This document shows, piece after piece, positions 34,992 through 52,050 of a stretch of DNA of 64,000 nt. Source of the DNA: the human T2T-CHM13v2.0 reference genome, Homo sapiens; the NCBI RefSeq assembly GCF_009914755.1, contig NC_060937.1; one strand, given 5' to 3'. The translations under genes and the position numbers were made by a program. The notes beneath the pieces are model-generated. The model saw nothing but the letters and a program-made list of their open reading frames with translations. It was not told the origin of the DNA and searched no databases. Within the stretch, counting starts at the first letter, position 1; each line of letters starts with the position of its first letter.

Positions 34992-35998
34992 TGTTGCAGG
35001 AAGTCAAGGACCCCAAACGGAGGGACTGGCTGGAACCACAGCAGAGGAACATAAATTGTGAAGATTTCATTTTAATATGGACATTTATCAGTTCCCAAAT
35101 TAATTCTTTCATAATTTCTTATGCCTGTCTTGCTTTAATCTCTTAATCCTGTTATCTTCATAAGGGGAGGATGTACGTCACCTCAGGACAACTGTGATAA
35201 TTTTGTTAACTGTACAAATTGATTGTAAAACATTTATGTTTGAACAATATGAAATCAGTGCACCTTGAAAAAGAACAGAATAACAGCGATTTTTAGGGAA
35301 CAAGGGAAGACAACCATAAGGTCTGACTGCCTGCGGGGTTGGACAAAAAGAGCCATATTTTTCTTCTTGCAGAGAGCCTATAAACAGATGTGCAAGTAGG
35401 GAAGATATCGCTAAATTCTTTTCCTAGCAAGGAATATTGATATTAATACTCTGGGAAAGGAATTCAATCCTGGGGGGAGGTCTATAAATGGCCGCTCTGG
35501 GAATGTCTGTCCAATGCAGTTGAGATAAGGACTGAAATATGCCCCGGTCTCCTGCAGTACCCTCTGGCTTACTAGGATTGGGAAACTCCATCCTGGCAAA
35601 TTTTTGGTCAGACCAGTTCTCTGCTCTCAAACCCTGTTTTCTGTTAAGATGTTTATCAAGACAGTACGTGCACCACTGAACATAGACCCTTATCAGGAGT
35701 TCTGATTTTCCTCTTGTCCTGTTTCCTCAGAAGCATATGATCTTTGTTCTGCTTTTTGCCCCTTGAAGCATGTGACCTACTTCCTGTTCATACACCCCCT
35801 CCCCTTTTGAAATCATTAATAAAAACTTCCTGGTTTTAAGGCTCAGGTGAGCATCACGGTCCTACCGATATGTGATGTTACCCCCAGCGGCCCAGCTGTA
35901 AAATTCCTCTCTTTGTACTCTCTCTTTATTTCTCAGCCAGCCGACACTTATGGAAAATAGAACCTGTGTTGAAATACTGGGGGTGGGCTCCTCTGATA
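34992..35998 (+). mobile_element. MER11 solo LTR (HERV-K/HML-8 family), 1007 bp, 6-bp TSD
   Basis: Starts tgttgcaggaagtcaaggacccc and ends ggctcctctgata. TSD gaaaaa at 34986-34991 and 35999-36004. TATAAA near 35483; AATAAA near 35818. Confidence 0.92.
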
Positions 35999-36049
35999 GA
36001 AAAAAGATAAAAATTGAAGGAAAATAGTTGCAATGAATATATGTGATAA

Positions 36050-36490
36050 AGGACAGAATAGTTTTTAAACTTCTAAAAACAAATAATAAGAAAACAAACC
36101 ATCCAATAAATGGGCAAAATATTTGAAAGACACTTTATCAAAGAAGGTATATAAATGGCAAATAAATCCACGGAAAGATACTCAACATCATTAGACATTA
36201 GGGGAATGCAAATAAAAACCACAATAAGATGACACTACATACTAATTTGTAGTAACCAAAAGCAGATTAGTAGTTGCTGTTTGGGGAGAAGGAGATGAAG
36301 GGAGGAGGCAAAGGAAGGGATCACAAAGGAACACAAGTTAATTTGGAGGTGATGGATATGCTAACCATCTGGGTTGTGGTGATGGTTTCGATACATACAT
36401 CAAAATCCATCACATTGTATATTAATACTTTAAGTTTGTGCAATTTTTTATATTCCAGTTATACCACAATGCAAGCTGTTTTTTAAAAAA
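36050..36490 (+). mobile_element. Old L1M 3' remnant
   Basis: aaatgggcaaaatatttgaaagacactt...gggaatgcaaataaaaaccacaataagat, then 3' UTR-like text ending caatgcaagctg. Confidence 0.65.
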
Positions 36491-36829
36491 GAGGAATGGC
36501 AGCTGGTCTTCATTTTCTCAAAGCCATCCCATCATGAAAATCATAGAATGTTAGAACTGGGAGATACATTAGTGTTAAAGATCTTTGAGGCAGATACCTT
36601 ATTTTCCAAATGAGGAAACTATATGTCAGATGGACTAGGTGATTTGCTGGAGGTCACAGAACTGTTGACTGCAGTTCTAAGCTCCGGTCTCCCCACTTTC
36701 CACTTCTCTTTGGAAAAAGGTGCCTCTTTTTACAAACCCAAAGAGAGCACATTAAAAATGTTTAATGATCAATTAGTCTGATTGGGAGTTTGATTTAAAT
36801 GCAGACTAACATAGGTCCCCATTGAGATG

Positions 36830-38129
<1,300 letters not shown>

Positions 38130-40640
38130 TAAGGCAAACTTGGTCTTCATAGGTATGTTAGGAAATAATCACTATCTTCTCCTACTATACTATCAGACAC
38201 TGCATAATAGCCCCCACTTTCCCAAAAAATATATTGACTCATTTAGGGTATCATTTAATTTTCTCACTAGAAAGAATTTATCATATCAATACTTCAGTCT
38301 TCTGGTCACCTTGGGGGGTCCATGGGTAGGTGTGTGATCCAAGCCAAGCCAACCTAAGTCTCTCCCATGATTTTCCATATACCACTTTGGGACAGAGATT
38401 CTGAGATGAGAGGCATGAAAGTTACTGGCAGGTATTTTCCACACACTGGGGAGAAAGTTCCTCCAGAAAGGACACAGCAGAAGAAGCTTCCCCCAGACAA
38501 AAGAAGAGATATTTTTGTTTAATTTAATTCAAATTGAAATTCTAATACTACAAAGCTAGATGTTTGTAAAATACAGACCCAAAGAGCAAGCAACAGAAGG
38601 GCAAGAAGAAGATGTCACAATGCCAAATTCACTGGTGCCAGAGCACTTTCAGGGCAAAGGGTATTTAAGAGAGATGCCAGAAAACAACTGAGAAGACCTG
38701 CTTACCAACCATATATAACCTATTCTTTCTACTTTCACTTCACTTGACATAAAACATTGAGGGAGGCAGGCAAAGAGCAGCAGCAGGAAATCAGAAGTCT
38801 TTGCAGAGGATGCCAAGGAGACCATTTACTCATTCATTATTCAAAATTTACCATGGTCAAAAGAATTCATGGTTTGCTAAGGATATAGCTGTGAGCAAAA
38901 TATACAGTGTCTATCTTGTGGAGTTTCAGTCTAGTATCGTGCTAGTTTTAAGAAAGAACATTATTGCTACAGCACATCTTGAGGCCAACAAAGTTGTCAG
39001 CTTAATGTGCCAAAAATCACAAGCTTTGTGATTGGCATGTGATCATTGCATGTGATCAATGCAACCAGAGTTTATGCTAGGTTTATTGTAGACTGTCACA
39101 AAGAGAGAGGAAGATTTCTAGGAAGATAAGTCATCCAAAAGTTGTATAAACATGTTGAATCTTGTAACCCTTCTTGATAAGGGGGAAGAGATATGCCTCA
39201 AGGAACAGGAGCACAAAGGAGAGAGATAGGGAGGCTGCCGATGGTGCCAGGAGGCATCTTTATCGGCAGGAATTTAACTAAGAAAGAAGCCATTTACACT
39301 CCCCTCTTGTCCAGGATGGGGAAGAAGGGGTGGTCTACAGATGAGTACACTGTGTCCTTAGTGTCAGTCAAAGAAATGGACACACGGCTGAGCTCAAAGT
39401 CACAAGGAGACCATAACTACAAAGTAGAATTCTTTAACAGTTTGAAGGCTCTCTCCTTTTCTACATAATCATTAGAAACAATGCGTCTCCCAGCCAAACT
39501 GAGCAGTTCTGTGCCCTCATTGTGCAAAGAAATGAAATCTCACAGCCATCTCAGGGTGTCAGCTGTCATCCAGGCCATCACATTCTGCCTGGCAGGTGGG
39601 AAATGAGATGAGGAATGACACAGTAAGCTTTCTCCAATGAGCACTGGCTCTCGGGCTCATCAGTCAGTCCTGGCGTACTGCAAAGTGGTCCCAGAGGGCC
39701 TTTCGGCACCAAGTGTATTTTCTGAAGGCAAAATTCTGTACAAATTGTTGAGAAACTATCTTGTTTATTTATCTGTCAGATGCCCCAGGATCCTCTGATT
39801 GTCCATGTTGCTAGCAAGCCCCGACTCCTGTCAAGGCCGTCTACCTAGACATAACCTTAGCAGTTGTGAGTCTACAGAATCTAAAGTAAATAGTAAATTA
39901 ATCCTAACCATATACATATACAATGGGGGAGATGAAGGATTATGTTAAAATGAAAGCAGGGTATAGAAGAACTCATTAAATTGTGGAGTCATTGCTAAGA
40001 GCTGTAGTACCAGACTCAAAAAAAGAACTATAGGTATATGCTCCAGATATGTGTGAGTACATACATATAGGTAGAAAACAGATTTCCAGATACAGCTGCC
40101 AGGCTGCCTGAGCCGATCCTACCACTTCAGTCAACAGGGGCTGTTTTGGGGAGATGGGACATTTTGCTGGGATGAAGAGTAGTTGGAAGATACTATTTAG
40201 TGAATGCACAAGAAATATTTGCTGAATGAGTTATGTTCCCAAGAACAGTCAAACACAGGAGTCTTGTGTCTCAGCCACTGGCTTAAAGAGACTGAACAGC
40301 AGTAAAAGGCTGCTAGACAGTAAAATTTTGTCTACGTGTCAGAAAAGGTAACCCTAAGAAAGTGACCTGGAGGATGAAAAGATTGTATCCCAAGAGGGAG
40401 GATTAATCTTCAAGGCTAAAGAAATGCTATATGTGCATGTGACTTAAGCGTGGTACATGTGGGTAGATCAGGGCAAGTGGGAGTCATGAAATGAGTTTGA
40501 GGCACAAGTCAGCTGGCCAAGACTAAAGATAAGGGGCTCAGAAGTACATGCCCCACTGAAGCAGGGATTGCAAAGTTTTCTGGCAAAGGGAAGAAGAACG
40601 GGGTCCAACACATTTACCATTGAAATCCACTACCATATTA

Positions 40641-42206
<1,566 letters not shown>

Positions 42207-42295
42207 AACTAAATATTTAATAAAAAGAAAATAAAGGTGATGTCATCTTTTTTTTTTTCCTCTGGAATACTAAGTATCAGAATAAATGGGAACAA

Positions 42296-42798
42296 TGTAG
42301 TAGACTGAATAATGTACCTGCTCCCCAACAACCAAAGATGGCCACATTGTAAGCCCCAGAATCTGTGATTACCCAAGCTTACAAGGTAAAGGGCACCTCA
42401 GAGGTGTGATGAACGGAGGATTTTGAGGAGAGCAGATTACCCTAGATTATCCAGCTCGACCCAATGTAATCATAAAGGTCCTTAAAAGAGGGAACAATAT
42501 CAGGGTCAGAGAAACGATGAAAGAATCAGAGAGAAGAGAAGATGCTATTGCACTGGCTTTGAAGTTGGGGGAAGGAGGCATGAGCCAAGGAATGTAGAAG
42601 TTCCCTATAAACTGGAAAAGGAAATGAATTCTCCACTAGGGACTCTCGGAGGAACCAAATATGGTAACACATTTATTTTAGCCCAGTGACATTGATTTCA
42701 GACTGCTGATATCCTGAACTGTAGGAAAATAAATCTGTGTTGTTTTGAGCCACTAAGTGTGCGGTAACTTGTTACAGCAGCAGTAGGATACTAATGTG
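42296..42798 (+). mobile_element. MLT1D-like MaLR LTR
   Basis: tgtagtagactgaataatg...gattaccctagattatccag...aataaatctgtgttgttttgagccactaagtgtgcggtaacttgttacagcagcagtagga. Confidence 0.8.
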
Positions 42799-43007
42799 CA
42801 TGATCTAAAGAAATTCGAAGGGGAAAAAGTTGTGGCTTAAGCCTGTTTTATCCAGTAAATTGTTTAAATATATATTTTAAAGGAAATGTCATCAGAAAGC
42901 CAAGGATTTAGTAAATATAAATATATATGTCAATTTTATTGACTAAATCTCTGTTTAGGTGGTTGCTATGAATAACATCACTTCATTTTTTATAATACTA
43001 CCTTCTG

Positions 43008-43290
43008 GGCCAGGCACAGTGGCTCAGACCTGTAGTCTCAGCAGGCCTATATGGGCAGATAACCTGAGGTTAGGAGTTTGAGACCAGTCTGGCCAACATG
43101 GTAAAACCCTGTCTGTACTAAAAATACTAAAATTACCCGGGTGTGGTCGTGTGTGCCCGTAATCCCAGCTACTTGGGAGGCTGAGACACGAGAATCACCT
43201 GAACCCCGGAGGTGGAAGTTGCAGTGAGCCAAGATCATGCCACTCCACTCCAGACTGGGAAACAGAGTGAGACTCTGTCTCAAAAATAAT
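43008..43290 (+). mobile_element. AluS with a left-arm deletion
   Basis: Alu dimer; flanks ataatactaccttct / ataatactttctt. Confidence 0.9.
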
Positions 43291-43821
43291 AATAATACTT
43301 TCTTACTACTGACATTTTTATTTTGATAAAATTTTGGATTGACTTTAATAGGTCTTCAAATACTGTTTCAAAGAAAAATAAGTGGATATTATTTCTGAGG
43401 CTTTATATGTCTAAGACATTTCTATTTCTATTGCTGTAGCACATGAACATTAGATTGGCTTCTTTTACATGTTTAGGCCAAAATCTTTTGCCCTCAAGTA
43501 TAGCTTTAAATGTTTTCATGTTAAACAATAAAGAATAAAATTTAATGAACTATTAAACTTGAGATTTTTAGAAAAGATACACAAAATCTAAAAATTAAAT
43601 AATTCAGAATAGGATTAGAGTTATGGCTATGGTAATATGGTAAGGCAAAAAGTGAAACCAATCAAATGGACAGACTTCTGGCATATCTAATTTTTAAATG
43701 TGTGAAACATAAATAAGGGAGATATAGATACCTACAGAGAGAACACTAACAGTAAAGAAATATTTTTAAAGTCACTGTGTAAAAACTTTGCACTTAAAAA
43801 AAATAGACAATGTCTAGATAG

Positions 43822-44160
43822 AACTGTCATTCTCAAACTTTTTCTCTCAGGACTCCTTTTAACACTTAAAATTTATTTCAAAAGCCCAAAGTGCTTTTGT
43901 GTATGTGAGATATCTCTATCAATATTTACCATATTAAAAATTAAAACTAGGAAATATTTAAAACACAAGAATACACGAACACACTTTTCACTGGCTGAGT
44001 AGTAACATCATTATGCATTATTTATTTTCTGGAAAATACCATGTACTCAGAAGAAAATGAGAATGAAAAGGCAAATATCATCTTAATTTTACAATGAAAA
44101 TAATTTTGACCTTGTAGTTTCCTAAAAATGTATTGGACTATACTTTGAAAATAGCTAGTC
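43822..44160. mobile_element. hAT-Charlie element (Charlie18a-like)
   Basis: ttctcaaactttttctctcagggactcc...cccaaagtgcttttgtgtatgtg...tatcaatatttaccatatta...ctttgaaaatagct, flanked by ctag-containing sites. Confidence 0.55.
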
Positions 44161-44961
44161 TAGTATACACTACCAAATTACAATTATGTAATAAAAATTA
44201 CCAAAATTAAGAGGAAGGGTTTTTTTTAAAAAAAAGAATAAACTAGTAACCAACGAAGGACTTGAAAATATCATCAAGGATTTATCTACAAATAAGACTA
44301 CTGAGTAAAACTATGAATTAATTTAAATATTCAATAAACAGAAAAATGTGCTAATAAAAGTTTAACATACAATCCTTTGAGCACACACAAAAGAAACGTA
44401 AAAACCAGTTTTATTAATGAAATAAGTACAAAAATCTTAGATAAAATACTTGTAAGCTCAAAAAGATTGTTAGTAGTGGGATCAAGGCTTGGTCTCTGTA
44501 GGTTTCTCCAACCTCAGGTCCTAGGCTGTTTCTAGCATGACACTGAGCCTTCCAGAAGCAGTGTTACACAGTGACCCCTTCTGCTTTTTCATAAGCCTGA
44601 GATGCTACAGAATGTTTTGCTTCATTATTTTCCTTCCAATTTTTGTCATTTAAAGAGTGTTTAAATTTCTATTCTCTGTTAACAGTTGGTCCTATCTTTG
44701 AAGTAAAAGCAGATAACAAAACTTTATTGATAAAATATCTGAACATTATGAAAATACACTAATATCCTATTTGCATAAGTTTGTGTACTTTTCTTTAAAA
44801 TTGCATAAGAACTTCAGTATATCAAATTACTTACCTATGCAAACAAGATTTGTTTTCACCAGAAATGCAATATTGATTTCAGTATTCATTTGATGAATAT
44901 TATTAATATATAGAATATTGCATTAAGAGATTATGTGTTAAGAATATGATGATTTTGATAA

Positions 44962-45192
<231 letters not shown>

Positions 45193-45329
45193 TAACTTAA
45201 GTCAATCGACGTCATAATACTGGATGTTGGAACACCTTCTTATTTCACCTTTATATCTTAGAGTTGATGTTGTATCAGTGCCTATAAAATGAATTAAATG
45301 AATTCATATTTTAGTTGCTGAACAGCAGT

Positions 45330-45760
45330 TGTAGCTGAAATTGTGATTACTTCCCATTATCGCTCTACTTTCCCACCTCCTTTATGTCACTGCACTAAAA
45401 TTTGAGTGAGAGGGTTGTCTTTAGGTGAATATTGATCAACAGTGCTTGTTTCAAGGTATGCAAATAACCCATGTTGGTCCAGTCAAAATGAAGCCAGGTC
45501 CTTTGACAAGTCAGGGAATTGCTCCCTCCCTCCATGAGATTAAGAGGCACAGAGCATCTTGCAATCACAAGTGGAACCAGACTTGTGTTGTAACAGACAC
45601 TACCAAAGGAAGAGCAGAGAAACTAGGTCTTTGGGGACAGTGACAGACAAAGAATTAAGGCCACCCTAAAGTCCGCTCTAACCTCTGAACTTTCAAGTTA
45701 TCAATCTATTTTCTTATCGTGTAAGCCATTTTTAGTTTTTTTTTTTATGCAAATGCCATA
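45330..45760 (+). mobile_element. Old MLT1-type LTR remnant
   Basis: 3' end ctctgaactttcaagtta...tgtaagccatttttagttt resembles the MLT1J/K U5 region. Confidence 0.4.
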
Positions 45761-46429
45761 CTTTATTGAATTACGGGAAATAATATATGTGACCACAGAA
45801 GAGGGTACATCAGTTTGATCATGCTTTTTAAAATTATCTATTTTTAGTACAGACCTATATAAAATAAATGTTTTCATATAAGTTTATTCTGTTTGCTAAC
45901 GATTTTGTTTTGGCCAGAAAAGAGAGTATGAAAGATAAAAAAGCATTTATAATAAACCCATTGGAAACCAATAATATATGTCATAATCTGAGAAACTCCT
46001 TCACTTTTTAATTATATATTTAATTACAGTGTGACTAAGCAGGTTAGTTAACCTCTTTGTACTTCAGCTCCCTTATCAGCAAAATAGAGTTGAGAGTAGT
46101 ACCCTCCTCTTTTTTATTTTCAACACACAGAGCTCTAATTGATCCAGTAGTCTGTGGTATGGCCATGCCATGTTTATATGATCAACCTCTTTTAGAGGAA
46201 TGGTTGTGTTGCTTACAACATTTTATTATTAGAAATAAGGTGGCCATGAATATTTTTCTATACACAACTTTGATATCAAGCATCAATATATCTGGAGGTA
46301 TCATTCCTGCAAGTTAAATTGCTATCAAAAAGGAGTCAATTTTAAGTTTTAGCACAAATTTTCAAATTTCCCTACATGAAGCTTGTAGCAATATTTACAC
46401 ACATTGACAAAGTATAAGAATGTCCATTT

Positions 46430-46701
46430 GACCAGCACGTTGGCTCATGCTTATATTCCTAGCACTTTGGGAGGCTGAGGTAGGCAGATTGCCTGAGCTC
46501 AGGAGTTTGAGACCAGCCTAGGCAACATGGCAAAACCCTGTCTCTAATAAAAATACAAAAAATTAGCCGAGCGTGGTGGTACACACGTGTAATCCCAGCT
46601 ACTCAGAGACTGAGGCACAGGAATCTCTTGAACCCAGGAGACAGAGGTTGCAGTGAGCCGAGATCATGCCACTGCACTCCAACCTGGGTGACAGAGTCAG
46701 A

Positions 46702-46750
<49 letters not shown>

Positions 46751-46753
46751 AAC
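46430..46753 (+). mobile_element. AluS with (TAAA)n tail, inside an antisense old L1 fragment
   Basis: TSD agaatgtccattt (46417-46429) / agaatgaccattt (46754-46766). Confidence 0.93.
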
Positions 46754-47809
46754 AGAATGACCATTTCCCAAACACTCATTAACAGAGAGTTATCAAAGTT
46801 TTTGACCATCAAAGATTTTGTTTCCACAATCAATATTTAATGCTGGCAAAGATATAATAAGCTAGGCATCCTTAAATACTTCTGTTAAGAGTGTTTAATT
46901 ACCTATAACCTTTCTGGAAATCAATCAGGCAATATGAATCAACAGACTTCAAAGTTTATTTTTTCTGATCCACTATTTCCACTTTGGGGAAGTCTATAAT
47001 GAGGAAAATTTTAGAGAGGTGGATAGTGATTTATACATAAAAGAACATTTAATTATTATTCAAAAGAAAATACTAAAATTAAGAAAAACGGTAACATAAA
47101 TTATAGCTTATCTATAAGATTATTATTTCATCATTAAGTACCCTGTTTTGAAAGACAATAATAGGGAAATATTCTTCTAATGTAAGGTTAAGTTACAAAC
47201 AATTACTCATTTAAAATAACATGCTGATTTTGAAAGTATGCATACTCATACACACATATATATATATGCATTTCTATTTGGTAAATAAGTATATGTAAAT
47301 ATTATTTATTTATGTATACAGGTGTTAAAGGATTTATGCACCAAAATATTCAAAATATTATGTTTGGTTTTTCTTTCCTTGATAAATTAACCAGGGGTTG
47401 ATTCTTAATTTCTTCTTAATAATCTCCTACATTTTAAAATTTCATGTAATGAGCAAGTGTTAGTCTATAATCACAAAAATGCTATCTTCTCTTGTTATCC
47501 CTTGGCTTTAGCTTGACAAGCAGTCTGAATTCATAATTAATTGGAGGAAGGAAAGATGACTTCTGGTTCATGAAACTTTCAATATGAATCAAAAGTGAAT
47601 ACTTTTTATAACATTTCTGAAATGCTGATCTCTCTACTCCAGACTCTTAATTTATTAAGTTATAAGGCTATGAAAATATTCATTGCCTATTTCAAACTCC
47701 TCTGCCCAATGCCAATTTAACCTAGCAATATGAAATTCCAAGGTAGGGCACACATGTGAGGGGAAGTCAACATTTAAAATGCAATCGTGTCAATACATGG
47801 TCTGGTATT

Positions 47810-49100
47810 TAATTCATTCCATTGTTTTCATGCTTTCATTACTGGTCGTAATATGCACCATAGTAATGAGCAAAACAGACTATTTTTCTTGCAATGAGGC
47901 AATAGACATTCACAAACAATCTCACAAATGTACATTTTAGCAATGATAAACCTCACTGAGAGACAGAGGCAGTGTAAGTGAGGTAGTTGAAAGTATGGAC
48001 TCTGAGTTAGATGCCTGGGGTTGATCCCGACTGCCATGGACTGGTGGTGTGACTCTGAGCAAGTTACTTCACCTCATTGTACCCAGTTTGCTGATAGGTA
48101 AAATGGACATTTTAAAATTATTCCTTGTATAAGATTTATATTAAGAGTATTGTGTTATTTAAAATGCTTATACTGTGTTTGCCACAGAGTAACCTGTAGT
48201 CAAATGTGTCCTAAAAAAATAGAATGCTGTACATGTATTGAGAGCATTTAATAAGGAGATGTGACTGAGGTGTCCAGAGAAGGCTTTCCTGTGTAGCTGG
48301 TGATTGAATGGCAAGAGTCACCTTTGTGGTAAATGCAAGTTGAGGGAATTGTAGAAGATTCATGTGGAACATGAAGAAAAGTGAGGACCGATCATGTAGG
48401 GCACATTTGCCCACATTAAATATTTCAGTTATTTTATTAGGTATTCTATGGAAGGGGTGACTTGATCAGGGTTCTGTTTGGAGAAAAAAAATATCACTGA
48501 CTACAGAGTCAAAACTGGAGGAGTACAACTGGAAATAAGAGAATGTCCCCTAGGAAGCTACTACAATCATCTAGGTGAGAGATACGGTGGCTTGAACCAG
48601 GGGAGGGACAGTAGAGAAGAAAAAGGGACAAATTTGAACAGCACCAGGAGGATAAAAGAACCTCCCTAGGGGCTAGATGAGATATTGGGAATAAGAAAGG
48701 CGGAAATCCGAAGGTTAACTCCTGAGTTTCTGGAACTACTGAGACAGGGACAACTGAAAGCAAAGACTAGATGTGTCAGCTAGAGTATTACTTTGGGTCT
48801 AAATAATTTGAGTTCAAGTTGACTTTGAATCATCTAAGTAAAAGTGTCGAGTAGGCTGTTGGTTATATGAATCTGGAGCTCAAGAGGATTGCAGAGCTGG
48901 AATATATTATCAAATGCTGCTGAAAAACCAAGTAAGATTGACTAAAAAATAAACAATTTGGCAACATGGAGGTAACTATTGACCTTAAAAATGGATTTTT
49001 TTTTTCCATTACATAATGGGGATTGACACTAAATTTTAAAAAACTGATTATGGGACCGGGCAGGATAAAGGAATGGCAACAAGTATAGAAAACCCTTTCA
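47810..49100 (-). mobile_element. L2 fragments, interrupted by a MIR
   Basis: Antisense L2 motifs (aatcatctaggtgagagatacggtggcttgaaccagggg; tttggcaacatggaggtaactattgacctt). Confidence 0.65.
47965..48212 (+). mobile_element. MIR, near full length
   Basis: tggactctgagttagatgcctgggg...tgtgactctgagcaagttacttcacctc...cagtttgctgataggtaaaatgg...gccacagagtaa. Confidence 0.75.
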
Positions 49101-49389
49101 AAAAGCTACGAAGAAAAGTGCAGTCTAGTTGGGACTTGGGGTAGAGAGAGAGAATTTCTGGCTCTGGATTTAATAGAGAGCTTCAAAAATTGTTTAGAAA
49201 GATATACTTGAGAGGAAGATGTTTACTATATAAACAAAGAAAGCATAATCAACATCACAAGATTCCTGAGGAAGTAAATGAATTAGCCCTAAAAAGAGGA
49301 GAGGAAGACCTGTGTTGAGACCAAGAAAGAAGGATAGATTGGCTTCATATGTAGGTTTCTATCACATTAGCCACACCTTGCTCTCATAC

Positions 49390-50400
49390 TGCCCGATTAG
49401 TCTCATGTCATTGATCTAGTAAATTAATGTGAAGTTCTGTGGGCTACCCAAACTATCCAGATCTCTTCATACCTTATTATGAGAGTGGAAAAATTAGTTA
49501 ACATAGCCTTAGGTAGAGCAAACCTATTAGTAAATATTTTTGTCCATTCCATGTAAACATGAACTAGTTTTGATTCTTTTATTTCTTATCAAAATATAAA
49601 AAAAAATCATTCAACAATTTAATGCTGCAGTATCATGTAGCTGAGGCTGTATATTTGGTACAATATCTGCAACTGGGGTTACTACATGGTTGAGCTTGCA
49701 GTCATCTACAGTTATTCTTCAGGATTCATTAATATCTGGGGGTGGGGGAAGACTGGCAAATTAAAGGAGATAAGAAAATGATGGAGACCACAGCCCCGCT
49801 AATCTCTGCCATACTCTCACTACTACATCTTTTTCTACGCATGTATTCACCAGTATGGGTGGGTCAGTTTCAGAGGCTTCTGTTTGGTCTGTCTCACTAT
49901 ATTATCTCTTACACAACAGGCCAAAGACCCAGTGAATGGATTATTCCAATTATTAAACGTGTCCATTCTGATTGCACTTTTAGGAAATGACTGGGGAGTC
50001 GATTCATGGACTCAATGAAACCACTGGAAACTGGGTTTTAGTCAGAACTCCATTTATTGCCTGCCCTCCCCCATAAGCTACCATTTTAGCAGGGGAGCCA
50101 TGAGGATGCATTGGTTCCCCAAGTGTCAAATTCAACTCCTGCCTGTGTCCAGTAGTCCTTGAAATGTCTGGGTATTTCCATCTTCTCAGTGTGTAGCCCC
50201 CTGAGTCAGTGGCATAGATTTTGGTGGGAAGGACTGGGAAAATCATTACACTTTACAATTGCTAGCGAGTTGCTGTGATGTTCCTCCTAGGAGTGAGGCT
50301 GCCTTATAGTCAGTGGGTTCCAGAGCTTGGCTTGGGTCCAGAATGAACAAGGGATGATGAATTTTTATTGTACTATCTACCCTTAGCCTCCTGCTTCTCC
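49390..50400 (-). mobile_element. ERVL-type internal fragment (protease and start of RT), degenerate
   Basis: The minus strand encodes FQGLLDTG (aspartic protease motif) and AYGGGQAINGVL, then RITVDDCKLNHVVTPV, resembling ERVL RT RMTVDYRKLNQVVTPI. Confidence 0.75.
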
Positions 50401-50478
50401 TTGGTACCTTCTTCTGATTCTACATGTTAAAAATGCACACACATCTGTTTGGCCCCTAGAGACACCATACTATATTAA

Positions 50479-50860
<382 letters not shown>

Positions 50861-50884
50861 TAGGTTTCTTAAAGGTTTATACAC

Positions 50885-51410
50885 ATCTACCATAATGACT
50901 TAGCTATTGCATTTCCAGATATTCACCCAAGAGAAATAAAAGCACGCGTTCATACCAAAACTTGTACATGAATGTTCAGGGCAGCTATATTTGCAATAGA
51001 TAAAAAGTGGAAACAATCAAAATATCCATTAGCTTGTGAATAAATTGTGGTATATTTATACCCAGCAACAAAAGACACTATTACCACATGAAATTAATCA
51101 AAACATAAAACACCACGGATGAATTTCAAAAACATTATGCAGAATGAAATCAGTCAAATACAAAAAAACTATAAACTGTATGTTTCTATTTGTGTAAATG
51201 CTGGAAAAGGCAAAATCATCTTTCCAGAAAGATCTGTAATCATCTAATCCCGGGGAAATGGATAAATTTCAAAAATGCATATGGAAACTTTTTACAGTAA
51301 TAGAAATATTCTCTCTTGATTGTGATGTGATAACTGTATACAATTACCAAAATTCATCAAACTACACTTAAAATGGATTTCATTGCATGTAAATTATGTC
51401 TCAAATCTGA
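50885..51410 (+). mobile_element. L1MC/ME 3' remnant
   Basis: cccaagagaaataaaagcac...ttgtacatgaatgttc...gatgaatttcaaaaacattatgc...caaaattcatcaaactacacttaaaatgg. Confidence 0.7.
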
Positions 51411-52050
51411 AGAAGAAAGGATGATTTGCTAAGCACTAAGGACATAAAAAGATATAATAACCATATTCCTGTGTTCAAAAAAATATGTAATTTAGTAAGC
51501 AAGAGAAAAATACAAATGTGCTTAATAAAAATATGTAACATGGAGCATGACATGAAGGGAATGCAAGTGATGTGAGAATTTAAAGGAGAAAGAGGTCACT
51601 TCCATTTGGGATGTTCCAACAGAGCTCAATGGAAGAGGCAGTATTTAAATAAAGTCTTGACCAATAGGTTAGACAGCTAAGGGGAGAAGAAATTCCAGAA
51701 GAACTGGATAAGGCATGTATTTATATTTATATTTACTTATTTCCTTATATTTTTGTTTATATCTATGAAAACTGAAGAGTGTGTTTTGAAAATGTTTAAC
51801 TGCAGCACAAAGGTTATGTAGAAAATCAATAAGGCATAAGGCAATAAAAAGCAATTGGAGCCAAACCATAGAATGCCTACAATTCTAGAGGATAAGCAAC
51901 AGATGCCACTGGGAGTTGTGTGACCAGAACTTTGCTTCCAATGAAGATAATACTGTTAAGTCAATGCAGGATGGATCAGACAAGAGGCATGGCAGGAGGC
52001 TAGGAGACTCTCTAGTGGTGCTGGAATTTTCCAGTTAAAAATGGTGACAT

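Noticed and set aside
39036-39059. Tandem gcatgtgatca x2
   Set aside because: An ordinary short slippage duplication with no further structure.
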